DNA of 64,000 nucleotides from contig JNEM01013522.1 of the NCBI GenBank assembly GCA_000697335.1, forward strand, positions 1 to 64,000. The letters run 5' to 3'. Numbering within the stretch: position 1 is the first letter of the stretch; the number at the start of each line of letters is the position of its first letter. The position numbers and the translations under genes were made by a program. A model generated the notes under the pieces. That model was given only the letters and a program-made list of their open reading frames with translations. It had not been told where the DNA came from and made no database searches. Source of the DNA: Conidiobolus incongruus B7586 (Eukaryota). Below are positions 1-13,860 of this stretch, one piece after another.

Positions 1-600
1 TATAAAAATAATTATTTTCAAAATCATAATTAGAAAATATATCAAAATAAACTATTAAGTACTTATTAAAAATTAATGATTAAAAAAAATATTATTTAGA
101 ATATAATTATTAAATTAAAACTAATATAGTAATTGTTTTTTCAGGAAATCAAAAAATCTAATTATAAAAACAAAGCTTTATAATAAATTTTAATTAATTT
201 ATAAAATATTAAATTATTATTGTTATATAAACCTTTGTATTAAATATAAAATGCTTATTAAAGTTATAAAACAATATATTAAAAATAAAAAACAATGTTA
301 ATTTTATATTATATATCTATTTTTTTAACTTATATATTATAATATTTAATAGTTTAAATGTCAAAAATCTTATTGTTTAAAATTCAAATTAATAAATTAA
401 ACTCAGGAATTTATTCTTCAACTATCATAATAGCTATTTAAAATAATAATATTGATAAAATTAAAATATTAAAAGTAAATATATATTATTTAAATCCTTA
501 TTATTATTTTGATTTTTATTATATATTTTTCGCATTAACTTCAAAATATATTTTATAGAATTTTTACAAATTTGACAATGAAAAATAAAAATTATATACA
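1..600 (+). mobile_element. Possible extremely decayed mariner-family relic
   Basis: Almost pure A/T. Short stretches (e.g. taaaaacaaagctttataataa, ~165-186) resemble the central part of the mariner copies at 29-31 kb. No TIR recognised. Confidence 0.25.
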
Positions 601-1577
601 TTTTAATTAAGAAATATAAGTTATAAACAAAATTTTATATAATTTTAAATCATTCTATTATAATCATAGATATAAAAAATTCTAATTAAATGTTTTATTT
701 TATATTCCTTTCTATCAGTTAATCAGAATATTTTGATTTAGTATATATTTCAATATATCTGACATTGATTGTTATTTGTAGATTTTTGTGAATAGTCAAT
801 ATATAAAGATTTAAATTATATGATATTTTAACTTATAATGGTATTTAATTTTTAGTAAAAATTAAAATTCTATAATTTGAATTTAATCGGTTTATATTGA
901 AATTTGATTGAGACCTATATTATAAATGATAATTATAATGAAGTATTACATCAGTCAAAATTAACTAAACCATTACTAAATTAATGGTGAAATAATTATT
1001 ATGATTCATAAAATAATGGTTAATTTTAACAAGAGAATTAGTTTATGAAATATTACAATATACATTTAACAACATATCCTAATCTACTTAGATAGTTGAT
1101 TGGTTCTCTAAATTTTCTATTAATTATCAATTATTTGAATGTTTTTACAGAATTGAAAAGGTATGAAATTACTGATAAAAAATTAACGTAACGAATAATA
1201 TAATTTATATTTAATTATTTCATTGTTTAATATATAATATATATATTATATTATATTATTTCCATGAATGTTGGATATTTTAAACAATAAATATATACAG
1301 AGCTGGAAAATAGCACCTTGTGAGATATTAAAATAATAAAATTTGTTAATGAACCTAAAAGCAAGAAAATGTTGTATCATTTCCCCTTACATTTGTCTCA
1401 ACCAGTTTTCAACAAATACTGAAAAGAATATATTTGGTATACAATTGGATCAAGAAGTTGAACATCCCATAATTATGAGTGAGTTTAGAATAATATTAAA
1501 ATTTAAATCAGTCACATTAATTGAAGTTTGATATCAGTACATATCAATTTGAATAATCATTTAGTGATCAATCAGAA

Positions 1578-2917
1578 ATGAGTGATATTAATTGGCCATC
1601 TGTATTCTCTATGCAAGAATTTCATTCATATTTAACTCAAAATGAATTAATTAAAATTAGTACACTATCCAAATACTTGAGAACAAGGTTGAAACCATTC
1701 ATTTTTAAAGTAATTTTTTTCAAAAGTTATCTTAATGATACTTTGAATTCAGAACAAAGATTGACAAATAGTAAATTAATACAAAATAGTTTGACAAATT
1801 TTGATTATTTAATTTAATTAAAACAGATTTAGGAGCAAGTGTACATCAGATTAGCCAAGATTTGGAATTTTTACATTCATATCCGACAGCGTTGTTTGTT
1901 GAGAATGATTCTATTCATTATTATTTAGTGGAGATTTCAAATATATTTTCTAATATACAGCATTTAACTATTAAACAAGTATACTTGCCTTTGAATTCCT
2001 TCATCCAAATTGTTGATAATCTCATTAAATTGCAATCGTTAGCTTTAGTGAAAACCACATTTATTCAATATAACCATAAGCCATCAATTGATCAGATCCA
2101 ACTTCCTATATCAATTAAGCAATTAGATCTCAAGCAATGCTGGCTAATGGAGACTGATTTAATTCAAGATCCAAATGTAATAGGCTATAACTTCATGGAC
2201 AATCGCTTGACAGATGAAGAATTTGTTCTCCCACCAAAATCCCTTCCCAAGCTCCAGCACCTGTCATGTGAATTTTTCTATGATTTTACTACAACACTAG
2301 TGGAATATGTATCTCTCAACCCTCAGCTGACATCGTTTAAGACTTATATTCATTATTTTGATAGTAGGACCATTCGACTCCTTCAAGGTTGCGTCGGATT
2401 AACCAAACTGGAATTAGATGTATTTGGTGGCATGTCCAACGATTTTCTCAATTTACAGTTTCCATTATTACCTACTGTAACCACATTAACATTTAAACAT
2501 GTAGACACTATTAATTTTCACCTCTTCCAAAAGTTATGTGTCTCATGTCCTAATCTAAAGTGCCTCAGTCTAATTTATCACACTAAAATTGACCTTCAGT
2601 TCAATTTACTCCTAATCCAATTGAAAAAATTAATTGAATTGACAATTGTTCTAGCTCATGATAATCACTCCATTACTCTAAATGTACCTAAAGATTATAA
2701 ATTACAACATCTAAAGTTGTATAATTATCCTCCCAAGCAATTGAATTTACAGGCATTTGAACAAATGCGCAATTTAAAGCTTATAACTGTCTTTAAAATT
2801 GGTAATGATGATAGGCATTTGAAAGTTGATTCTCATCAAAATCATTCTGAAAATATTGCGAATTGGAAGAGTATCAATTATGAACATTGCATACAATATT
2901 ACAGATTTAATAATTAG
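1578..2917 (+). CDS. F-box-like/RNI-like LRR protein, 2 exons (1578-1770, 1827-2917), 427 aa, intact
   Basis: A 56-nt intron GTAAAT...AACAG (1771-1826) joins ORFs 1578 and 1862 in frame. N-term WPSVFSMQEFHSYLTQNELIKISTLSKYLRTRLKP (F-box-like), LRR motifs (LPKLQHL, SLNPQL, KLCVSCPNLKCL), C-term NWKSINYEHCIQYYRFNN. Confidence 0.85.
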
Positions 2918-3910
2918 TAAAATTTAATAAATTTTTAAATAATATAACTTTAATGGTAATAATTTATTGATAAATATATGTTTTTGATCATAATTATAAA
3001 ATTAATACAAATTATACAACTACATAATATTAAAATTTTATGTTAATCATTATATTGTATTTATATAAATTAATAAATAATATAATAATTTATAATATTC
3101 TAAGTGAATTTATCAAATTAGGTATATCGATTGATAATGATTTAACTACTTGAGTTTTTATAAAATAATAATAATATATTATGTAATTAAATATTTTATG
3201 AATATTGCATTAATTTAGGTTAGAATTAAATGAAAAATATTATCAAAAAATTGATATATATCTAATTAGATTCAATATCAAATCCAATATAAATTTTAAT
3301 TTGTATATATTTAATTAATTTCAATACCTAATATACTAAAATATCTATTATGACATAATTTTTAGTTCAAATATACTTCGCTTATTGATTTGTGTCACAT
3401 AGTATATTCTATAGTATATTGGATCAAATAAACTATTATTTCATTAATAATATTACATTTTAAAAAAATTATAATAAATATATAACTCTCATTCTAAATA
3501 ATATAATTATAATACTTAACTGAATAAAATTTTAATATTAGGATTTTTCAAATTGTCTTTTATTTGTTCAATTTTTATATAGCCAATTTATAATAATTAT
3601 GAATCCTATCATAATTTTAATTTTCTCTCAATATTTTGATATAGTTACTTTATATATATTTATTAAATTTTGATGAATATCTTAACATCAAAAAGTTAGA
3701 ATTATTAATTTCAGTCTTTTATTAATCAATAGGAAGTTTGTTAATGCTATTATTCAATTTAAAGGGTAAAGAGGTAAATAATAATCTATTTTCCCATATA
3801 AAAAATTCCCAGAAAAATTTATAAAATATTTTTTTAGCAGTCACAAAATAAAAGTTAGTTATTAAACCTGAAAAAAATCAAATAAAATAATTTCAAGGGT
3901 AATTAATTAA

Positions 3911-5215
3911 ATGAGTGATTCCAAATGATCATTAGTATTTGATAGTATCAATGATCTACATGAATATTTAAATCATAATGATCTCGTTGGATTGAGTAAG
4001 CTATTTGGATTTAAAACAAAATCAAAATATAATATATTTGAAATAACAAATTTGAAGGATTTTCCTAATGTCAAACTTAGTTCTAATGATAATATAAATC
4101 CAAGTAATCTGTAACATTGAATCTTAATACTATGAAATAAATAATTTAGTTGATATAGGATTGGATAGTAGTTTTCAACGACTAGGGAATGATTTGGTAT
4201 TTTTACAAAAGTATCCTACCATTTTAATTTCTGAGAGTGGTTCTATCCATTATTATCTGTTTGAAATGACTAAGTTATTACCTAATTTAAAACACCTCTC
4301 CATTAAAAGAATTAATTTGCCTGTGGATTCGTTTATCCAATTGTTGAATAATCTTCCTGAGTTAGAGACTGAAATTGACGAAGGCTACATTCATTCAATA
4401 TATGGACAATGAACCATCCATTGACGAAATTCAACTTCCTAATTCTTTAAAGAGGTTGAAAGGGGAGCAATGCTGGATAATGGAAACCGATTTGGATTAG
4501 GATCCTATGTCAATTGACTACAATTGGATGAACCATCTACTAGGGTTCAAGGAATTTGTTTTACCTCCTCAACCACTACCCAATCTAAGTAATTTATCGT
4601 TTGAATTTTTCTATCATGTCACATTTATTCTCATTCAATACTTGGAAGCGAATCCTCAGTTAAAATCCTTTAAAACTTATATTCACAATTTCGATCATTG
4701 TACGATTCCACTCCTACAAATGTGTAATAGAACAAATTATCTTGAACTCGATTTGTTGAGAAGTAGATTTGAAAATTTATTTGCTACTTACTTAACATCA
4801 TTATTTACGATGGCGTCATTAACTTGTTTTAAAATTCCTATTTTAATTGTGATCTCTTAGAAAGATTCTGCCATTCATTTCTCTCTATAACTCGTCTTGA
4901 ATTAGATCATTATCATATAATTTTACAATGCTTATTATTAATTACATTACATAATTTGAAAAATTAAAAAATTATTAATTAAAGTGATAAATGAGAATAT
5001 ATTTTAAATTAGTAAAGATTACTAAGGTCATTATTTAGATTTAAAAAGGTTTTTATCCTATAAATATCTATTTACTTGGATTTGAAAATTTAAAAATTAT
5101 AAAAATTTTAAAGGTGAAGTAAGAGTTTATAATAAAAATTTTCAAAATTTTATTTTTTTTTTGAAATTGGAATTATTATTATTTTAAAATTCTATTTAAT
5201 TAAATAAAATTTTGA
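3911..5215 (+). pseudogene. F-box/LRR pseudogene, close paralog of 1578-2917
   Basis: ATGAGTGAT start as in the neighbour, TGA at the conserved Trp (3926). ORF pieces 4161-4412 and 4507-4860 align with the 1578 gene (LQKYPT/LHSYPT, EFVLPP). Frameshifts present and the 3' end is strongly AT-eroded. Confidence 0.8.
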
Positions 5216-5269
5216 TATAAAGATTTAAAATTATTATTATTATATTTTATAAATCTACAGTGTATTAGT

Positions 5270-6050
5270 ATATAATCATAATATATATATATATATTTAA
5301 TAAAGAAAATAAACTTTTAATATGTATTATTTGATTTAATATATTTAAAATTAAAAGATGATTATGATAAGTGTTTTATATTTAAATTATTAAAACTTGA
5401 TATATTTTTTAATATTATTTAAATTTATATTTAATTAATAATAATATTTTATTTAAGTCAATTATTTATATCTAGCTAAGTTATTTTAAAGTTAAATAAA
5501 TATATATAACTTATTAAAATTTAAAAATATAATTTTAACTAATATTATTTTAATTATGATAAATATAAAAAAATTTTAAAAGATATTTTATTATTTTATT
5601 CAAATAATTATAAAGATATTATTATATTAATTATATAAATATCATATATATATTAATTTTTAAACTTATATAATTTAATAATAATATTAATTAAATAATA
5701 TATAATTTAACTAAAGTTTAAAAAAATTAGTGAAGCAATAGTTATATCAAATTTAAATATAACTAAAAAACAAGGCTTTTATTATAGATTATTTTAAATA
5801 ATTAATTATATATTTATTTATATAACTTTCGATTAAAACACCAATAAAAAATATTAAGTAAAATTGAAATAATTCTTTTTATGATTTTTATTAAATATAT
5901 ATATCAATATATATATTATATTATATTATAACGATATATATTGCTTTTTTATATTTTTTTTAATAAGTTAATAGTAAATTCTATATTATTTTTTAAATAA
6001 AATGATTTTTAATTAGTTTATTTAAATTAATACAAATATATTTAATTATT
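5270..6050 (+). mobile_element. Highly decayed mariner relic
   Basis: (TA)n at ~5280 as in the family 5' UTR. ataatttaactaaagtttaaaaaaattag (~5702-5730) matches the YNLTKAQKKNR region of the 11847-13166 copy. Confidence 0.5.
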
Positions 6051-6619
6051 TTAAAATTATAACATATAAAACTAAATTTTTAAATAACTATATATTTAAC
6101 AATTACCAAGAAAAAATGCCATATCTAATTTTTTCAGTAGATTATAATTTATATTATTAAAATTACTCTATTTAATTACTCAATTAGTTCATATATTAGA
6201 AAATTCTTACAAAAGAATTAATTAGTTTGTAAAATATTAAATTTTATTTATTATCAATAAGAATAATATTTTAAAAGTTAAAAATTTATTAAAAATATGG
6301 CAAAGTGTTATTAATACTAATTAAATAATTGATTCTATATTATATTTTGTATTTCTAACTTAAATATTAAAATGATTATTTATTCTTTAAAAAATTCTTA
6401 TTATATATATATATTAAATGAATATTAATACATTTTTCTTAAATCTCAAAAATAAGATTCAATAGTTTAATAAAATTATAATCATGATATTATAAAAATA
6501 CTCATTTATCTTAATTGTATAACTAAGTCTCTATTATCCTTTATCTTTAGTAGCTTTTTCAGTTTATAATTAAAGTATATTTTTTTAGAAAATCATTCAT
6601 TAAATCAATTATTTAAACC

Positions 6620-8240
6620 CAAAAATGATAAAGGCTGAAGATAAAATTTCTCTAGATATTTTTGCTATAATATCTTAAATATAAATTTTAGGATATAAAA
6701 TCACAATATGTAAAAAAGCAGGATTAGTAAATAATTCAACAAATTATATTACAAGTACTTTACTAAAAACAATTTTTATATACAAAACATTATAAAACAA
6801 GACAGTTATTGCAAAAAATTACTTTTCCCAGATTATTTCAAAATCAGATTTAAGCTAAAATTATTTGATGGAAATATTCTGTGTTTTTTCAAAAATAACA
6901 TGTTTGCTTAGAATTAAATTTATTAATCATTAGATGATTTTATCAAGATTTAAAGTGCACTCAAATCATTGTAATATTTTTCTTCCATGAACACAACGTT
7001 TATTCAATTCAGAAATAGTAACAATACAGTTGAAGACATTATACTTCCTTCATATTCGACATCATACAAGCAATGACGATTCAATTGATAGTATTAAAAA
7101 TGAGAAGTCAACTCGTGTAAGTTCAGATTATCACACGCTAAAAATTATATAATTTATTGATACTAATTCTCTTCAAAATCTCATATCAATGATTTAGGAT
7201 TGTGCAGGCATTTCGAGTTGAAAATTTAACTGCATTTGAATCGTATCCTACAAATTTTAATATGAAAAGTGGGAAGTGTTAATCTAAATTCAAATTACTT
7301 ATACAATCGCACAATTAAACAATTTACACCTTTTTGAAGTTAATATCTCGTTATTGCCATCTAGTAAAATCATAAACCCGACAAGTTTGGAGTTATATTC
7401 ACTAGTAGTAACTGTTATAATTAACTTTGAAATTGATGAGGTTTCTATCAACCAATTTTCATTTGAAAGGACTTTGAATAGATAAAAACTGCTTGCTTCC
7501 TGTGTGTTGATTTTGTATTTTCCTGAAGATCTTAATTTCTTTCAAACTGTCGCTATATTCCAAAGCCTCATTATTCGACCACAGAATTTACTCTTTTTAA
7601 CTCGCCTTGATTATTTATGTGATTGAAGATTACATAATGACACTCTTAAATTTTTCACTTAATCTTCAAATTCAGGAATGCTTTAGACAGTTGTATGATT
7701 TAGAGCCTCCCAGTATTGCATTAGTTAAAAGGTTTCAGAATATGAATTACTTTGAACTATTTTAAACTCAGTAAATTACTGAAATCTCAATGTAATCGCA
7801 TTTACTATTATAAATGATATTAAATTATTGAAAATCTAAACTATTTGCTTTTTTCGAATTTTGAGTTTACGTAAAGTTTAAATCCTGTTCGAACCCAATA
7901 CTCACGAGAACTGAATATTTCATTTTATAAATTTATGTGTTTAATTGGCTTATCTCGAAATTCAACAAGTCGAAGGGTTTGAGTTTGACTAGTTCTGATA
8001 TTAATAATCATATTTCAAGTTTCAACAATCATCTTAAATTATAAGAGATCCAAATACAAAATCATAGCCTTATTATGATTGATTCGAACTTTTGGGAAAA
8101 TATTTCATATTTGAAATCAGTAAATATCCAAAGTAAGGAATTGGGAAAGGTTACTGAATCTTAATATCCTTATTTTAATCAATTTTTCAATTGAAATTGT
8201 CATAATTGTGATCATGCTATTCAATTTTCTAAATATTAAA
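6620..8240 (+). pseudogene. Degenerate F-box/LRR pseudogene
   Basis: Fragmentary LRR motifs (RPQNLL ~7578) and a family C-terminal cap at ~8189-8240 reading N*NCHNCDHAIQFSKY*. Many stops and frameshifts. Confidence 0.6.
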
Positions 8241-8318
8241 TTAAGATTTTATATTCAATAAATTAATTGAATAAAATAATATAAAAATTTTGGAACAATT
8301 TATATCTCACATTATTTA

Positions 8319-9629
8319 TTATATTTTATAACATTGTATTTTATTTTGGTAGATATAATAACACCAATTAGAATCATTCATATTATCTTTTTCAAATATT
8401 TGAATATTTTCAAAATCTGTATATTTAGTTGAAATTTCAATTGAGTTTAAAGATTTCCAATTATTAAAATTAGTTAACTTGATATCCTTAGGATTATATC
8501 CTAATAAATTTAATACTTCGACTTGGTCACATTTCAATTCAATGTTTTTGAATGTTCCAAATAGTTGAAAATTTATCAAGGTTAATCGGATTAGATTTGG
8601 AAGATTAGAGAGGATGTGATTCAAGGATGAGCTACATTGAGGTAGATATCCAATTCGAAATGAGATGATATTGGGACATGATAGTGTCAGTAAGGCTATA
8701 GTGGCCATATTGTCAGGATCTATCCAATCCAATTCTAGATTTGATAAGGAATATAATTGGGGAATAAGAGCTTCATGTTGTAGAGCTGGTAAAATACCAT
8801 TATAACTCAAATTCAAGGTTGATAATAAGCTTAATTTGGATAAATTATTCAAAGTTCGTATATCTGTGCACTGACGATCTACTGACAAGTACTTCAATTT
8901 TGGAACCTTAAATAAATAGTCATTAAGTGTAGATATTGAAGCTTCAATGTGATTATAAAATGTCAAACGCTCCAATTTAGGTAAAGGGTCCTTGGAGTAT
9001 GGAAAGATTTTGGTAGTAGATCTGTTATTTGTGTTAAGATAATACTGTAAAGGGAATTGAGGATTAAATTGAAATATGGTGGTTTCAAATTCTATAAAAG
9101 ACAAAGATTTTAAAGAATCTGGAAATTTTAAAGATAATGGAGAAGTGTCTATACGACTCCAAGAGATTCCGCGTATATAGAATAGAGATAATGATTCTAA
9201 TTGTTTTAAATCATTCATAAGTTCGTTTAGAGTTTGCAAAGTTGTAGATACTTTGTTCAATGTAAGTTCTGTCAAATTGGCAAACAGATTTGGAATACAA
9301 AGTAATTGAACTTGACTAATACTATTTATATACTTTAATCCAGTAGAAAACTTCAACAATTTTTCCAGATGCTGTTTAAATATAACTTTCTCATCTTGAA
9401 TCGCCTTTGAGGAATGAACTTCCCCAACCGGTATATTAGTATAGCTTAAAGGAAATTGATCTAATACTATAGTGTGAAAAATTATAGGTCTATACTTGTA
9501 CCTTAAGCATCTACTGCTACAACTCACATTAATTCTGTCATTCTGTGTTAAATATTGATAAAATTCTCTTAGAGTAAATACGAATGTCCAATGAATGTCT
9601 TGATGTAATGAATAATCTTGAAAATCCAT
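8319..9629 (-). CDS. F-box-like/RNI-like LRR protein, single exon, 436 aa, intact
   Basis: Uninterrupted ORF with WTFVFTLREFYQYLTQNDRINVSCSSRCLRYKYRP, LRR repeats, LSCPNI and C-term NWCYYIYQNKIQCYKI. Confidence 0.9.
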   Translation of the reverse strand: MDFQDYSLHQDIHWTFVFTLREFYQYLTQNDRINVSCSSRCLRYKYRPIIFHTIVLDQFPLSYTNIPVGEVHSSKAIQDEKVIFKQHLEKLLKFSTGLKYINSISQVQLLCIPNLFANLTELTLNKVSTTLQTLNELMNDLKQLESLSLFYIRGISWSRIDTSPLSLKFPDSLKSLSFIEFETTIFQFNPQFPLQYYLNTNNRSTTKIFPYSKDPLPKLERLTFYNHIEASISTLNDYLFKVPKLKYLSVDRQCTDIRTLNNLSKLSLLSTLNLSYNGILPALQHEALIPQLYSLSNLELDWIDPDNMATIALLTLSCPNIISFRIGYLPQCSSSLNHILSNLPNLIRLTLINFQLFGTFKNIELKCDQVEVLNLLGYNPKDIKLTNFNNWKSLNSIEISTKYTDFENIQIFEKDNMNDSNWCYYIYQNKIQCYKI

Positions 9630-10009
9630 AATAATTAAAATATTAAAAAAAGTAATATAATTTAATCAAGATAGATGATATTTATACTAACATATTCATC
9701 CAATACAATTGTAATAATTTGAAACTTCAACGTGATTTGAAAATTAGCAAAAATTTATTGGCTAAATGATATTAATATTATTTAGTTTAATTTGAATGAT
9801 TTCATAATAATTGTTTTGTTATTATCTTCTTATCTTATACAACAAAACTTTTGAAGTCATATTCAAATTCATTCAATTAGGTAATAGAAGATCATTTTAT
9901 TATACTGTATTTATGTTACCCCAGTATTTAAATTTCTTCAATTTCAAAATTCAATGGTATTAAACTGAACAGGTCATTTAGACTATTAATACATTTATGT
10001 AAAATAATA

Positions 10010-11430
10010 ATGGATAAATTGAGTATTCATTTGTGGGTTGAAATGGTTTTCAATATAAAAATCAGAAAAGATTTATTTATTTAAGTAAACCTCGTGAAAG
10101 CGTAGGTATTAAATGAAATTTTTTTATTTTGAAATCACTCTATTTGAATGAATATCGCCATAGTAAATTTTTTCAGCTACTAAACTTTGCTGTGTTAAAC
10201 TTGATTATATTGAATCTGGCACCGATTCAATTGAACAAAGTGTGTCAAGTTTCACAATGCATTTGGATGACGTCAATCAAAGTAATAAATTTTAAATCAC
10301 AAGTGATGACCATTAATTTCTGCGATACGATGAACCAGAGACTGAGTTAGATAATTCCTAAACTGATGATCTGTAAAGCTATACTTGTGCACCTTGCAAA
10401 TAGTTTAAGTTTTTTGAAAATTGATTTTTGGGTTTGTTTTCTGGAAAATATGCATATCACAATTCCCTGTCTGGGGTAACTTTCATCTTCAAAATTTCAA
10501 ATCAATTAAATAATTCCAAAGCAAGGCTCTTTTATCGAATTGGTTTGAATGCCATCATATCTCATTAATTTGGTGTCTTTATCATTTGAGATTATTCAAT
10601 CTTAGAATACTCTAAAGACCAAGTATCAATTGAAATTGTAAAAATTCCAAATGCTTTGAAAAGCTTACAACTTGAGAAACATTTCTTTATGTTTGCCAAG
10701 TTGGACAAAGATCCAATGATATTGGATTATTAATACTTTATTGCTAATGATTATGAAGAACTTATATTTCTACTTCATTACTCCTCCAAATCAGGATCAT
10801 TAGCATATAGACCTCACCCTAACACTAATTTACAATCCAGCAATTTTAACCTCAACCCACAATTAAAGACACTGGGTACGGATTTTAACCAAATTCACTA
10901 TAGAAACATGGAAATAATACGAAATTTCTCAAATTCAAATCATATAATACTCTTCTTGAATGTGAGCAACTCCATTAATCAATCTTAATATACAATTTCT
11001 TAACTGGAATCTTTAATATTTTGAAAATTGGTGGAATTTGATTAGAAATTATACTTTTAATTGAATAATTATGTTTAGTTTGACTCAACCTAATTGAACT
11101 ATGGCTATTTATCTCTGTTCGCGATTTAGATAATATCAATACTATCGTCCCCAAATCCATATATTTAAAACGCTTAATAATAATTCAATATACTGGTTGC
11201 GATCTTGCCAAATATGCAGCACTCTATTTATAAATTGTTTATCATCTCATATTACAGTAGGGTGAGCTTTATTGGATATGCCAATTTTTGACAAGTATAC
11301 AAATTTTAAGACAGCTAAAATTCTATTCAAACTAGCGAGTATTGAGCCTAACCATGAGGATTATAGGGAATCTCACAACTGGATATGAATTTTTCAACCC
11401 TTAATTTGTTCAATGCTTTGAAATTGAATT
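10010..11430 (+). pseudogene. F-box/LRR pseudogene, paralog of 14910-16347
   Basis: Nucleotide similarity to the 14910 locus (gatccaatgatattggattat, atcgtccccaaatccatatatttaaa, gagcctaaccatgagg, cacaactgg). Multiple frameshifts and stops. Confidence 0.75.
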
Positions 11431-11846
11431 CAATAATTCTATATAAATTAGTATATTTATTTTAATCAATTTCCACGATTTTGTTTGAATTAGATATTTT
11501 TATTTTGAAAACATGATCAGACATTTCTATCATTAAAGGCTGTTCAAACATTAATATATATATATATAATATTATAATTCTGTGATTGATATGATTATAT
11601 GTGTTTAATTATTTTTGCGGCATTGATATAGTTGGTATTTAATATTAATGTCATAGACTTTGAATATATAAAATATGTAATATTATTACAAGAGTCAGGT
11701 AATGATATTTTTGTATAATCAATTTTAAACATAATCTTCAAAAAAATTAATAATAAATAAATATTAAAGCACTAATACTTTTTTATTATTGATAATTTTT
11801 GGCCATGTGTTGTATTTTAAAAATACCTGTCTGTCTAGATTTGATA

Positions 11847-13166
11847 TTACTTTGTAATTTAAATAATGGGAATTTTTTGTGATTGAAAAAAAATAAACAT
11901 TTTAATATATACAAAGTAAAAATAAATATATAATATAAAATTAATAATTTCCTTTATTTCTAATAACTTTTTGCTATACTTTTAGCAAAGATCTAACACC
12001 TAAAAAACAGTTCTTTTTATTAAAGACTGAAATTTGATGTTTCACAAACCAATTAAATTTTCCTGCAGAAATTTTCTTTCCTGCAAGCTAGTTTTTTAAT
12101 TGCCTAAAACAATTATAATCACATGGGTTATAATCTAAAGAATATACTAGATGTGGTAGTTCTTTCCAGTTATTTTTAATTAGAAAGTTTTTTACAACTT
12201 TAGATTTATGTATTTTACAATTATCATGCAAAATAATAAGTTTTCTTAAATTATATTGAGAATACCAATTAGAAATAGTTTTATTTAAAAAAGAAATATA
12301 AAGTTTATTATTAATGGATTTTCCTTTAAGAATTAAATAAGAATAGCATATGCTATTATAATCTATTGTTACAATTAACATTCACTTATTAATAAAGTGC
12401 TTATTTAAAGGAATTTGTGGAGGGGGTTGATTTAGTTTAATCTAACACCTTGATTTATATTTTAATAAAGGATTATACAAAAAAATCTAAGATTCATCAA
12501 TTGTAATAATTCACTGTAAAAGCTTTAGTTTCTAGTTATACCTTAGTAAGTTTTGTTTAGCAATAGCTACTCTATTTTTTTTTTGAGCTTTAGTTAAATT
12601 ATAAGGTATTTATTTTATATTTTTATTAATTAATTTTAATTTAAACTTTAATATATATAAAATACTTGTGTGACTAATATTAAAGTGTCTTGATAATTCT
12701 CTAACTGAAATAAAAAAGTGCTTTTCAATATAATTTTTTACTTTATTAATAATTAGAAGAGTAACAGTTGAAATTAGTCTTCTAGATTTTAACAAGTTTT
12801 AGGTAGTTTCTCTCCTAGCCTTAAAGTAATTTACCTAGTGATAAATTGTTGATTTAGATAATACTTCATTACCAAAAGCTGTTTGTAAATTTTAAATGAT
12901 TTTAGAGGGTTTGTGGTTAAGTTTTACTGATACTAAAATAAAAGACTTTTGATGGTTACTATTTAGTTTAAGCATAATTTAATTAAACAACTAATTTTAA
13001 AAAATTCATTTTTTAATCAAAAAAATTATTATATATATATATATATATATAATTCAAAACTATTTATTTTCCTATTTGTTTTGTATATATTTGCTTATTT
13101 AAAACTAATAATATGTTTGAACAATCAAAAATTAAAAAATTTCCCATTTCTTCAATTCTATGGTAA
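11847..13166 (-). mobile_element. Full-length (1320 bp) mariner (Tc1/mariner, D,D34D) element, inactivated
   Basis: Imperfect ~32 bp TIRs (TTACTTTGTAATTTAAATAATGGGAATTTTTT versus revcomp TTACCATAGAATTGAAGAAATGGGAAATTTTT), flanked by TA at 11845-46 and 13167-68. Confidence 0.9.
11941..12975 (-). pseudogene. Mariner transposase pseudogene, 345 codons in one frame with 11 premature stops
   Basis: Motifs AFGNEVLSKSTIYH*V, *IPYNL (WVPHEL), ITIDES*, LHDN and HLVYSLDYNPCDY (YSPDLAPSDY), with exactly 34 residues between the 2nd and 3rd Asp. C-term V*QKVIRNKGNY. Confidence 0.9.
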
Positions 13167-13429
13167 TAGTTAGGTTCACATTACCCTCTCCTCATGGTGT
13201 AATTATTAATCTATAATCAAGCAATACTCTTTAGCTCCTTTATTAGAGTTTATTCCAAAACCTACATCACTCACTGAATAAATTATTTAAACTCTAAAGT
13301 GTCAAGATTAATAACAAGTTTTTTTCTCTGAATATTTTGCTACAACATCTCAATAATGATTTTTAAGATATAGTCCTAATATGTTAAAGAGCAGGATTAA
13401 TAAATAATTAACTAAATTATATTACAAGT

Positions 13430-13860
13430 ACTATTCTAACTATGATCTTTGTTTCCTAAAACTTATAAAAACTCAACACATGCTTTTGGCAAGTTTCTAA
13501 CTCCTAAAAAAAGTTTTTTTATTAAGGACTGAAATTTGATTTTTCATAAATCAATTTTTGTCTATTAAAATTTACTTTCTTGTGAAAATATCTTTTAATT
13601 TCCCAAATAAATTATAATAACCTAGGTTATAAACAGGTGAATATACTGAATAAGGTAGCTTTGTTTATTTGTGTTTATATAGCAAATTTATGATGGTTTT
13701 ATTTTTATATATTATATAATTATCATTCTATATACTAATTATATTTAATATATATTTATAATATTAACTAGAAAATATTATATTTAAAGGTATAAGAAGC
13801 ATATTATTGATTGATTTAATTTAAAATATTAAGAACTATAAAACATTATATTTCCTTTTA
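13430..13860 (-). mobile_element. Mariner fragment (3' part of transposase)
   Basis: 13490-13650 aligns with 11980-12150. The minus strand reads YSVYSPVYNLGYYNLF (YSPD motif region). Confidence 0.7.
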
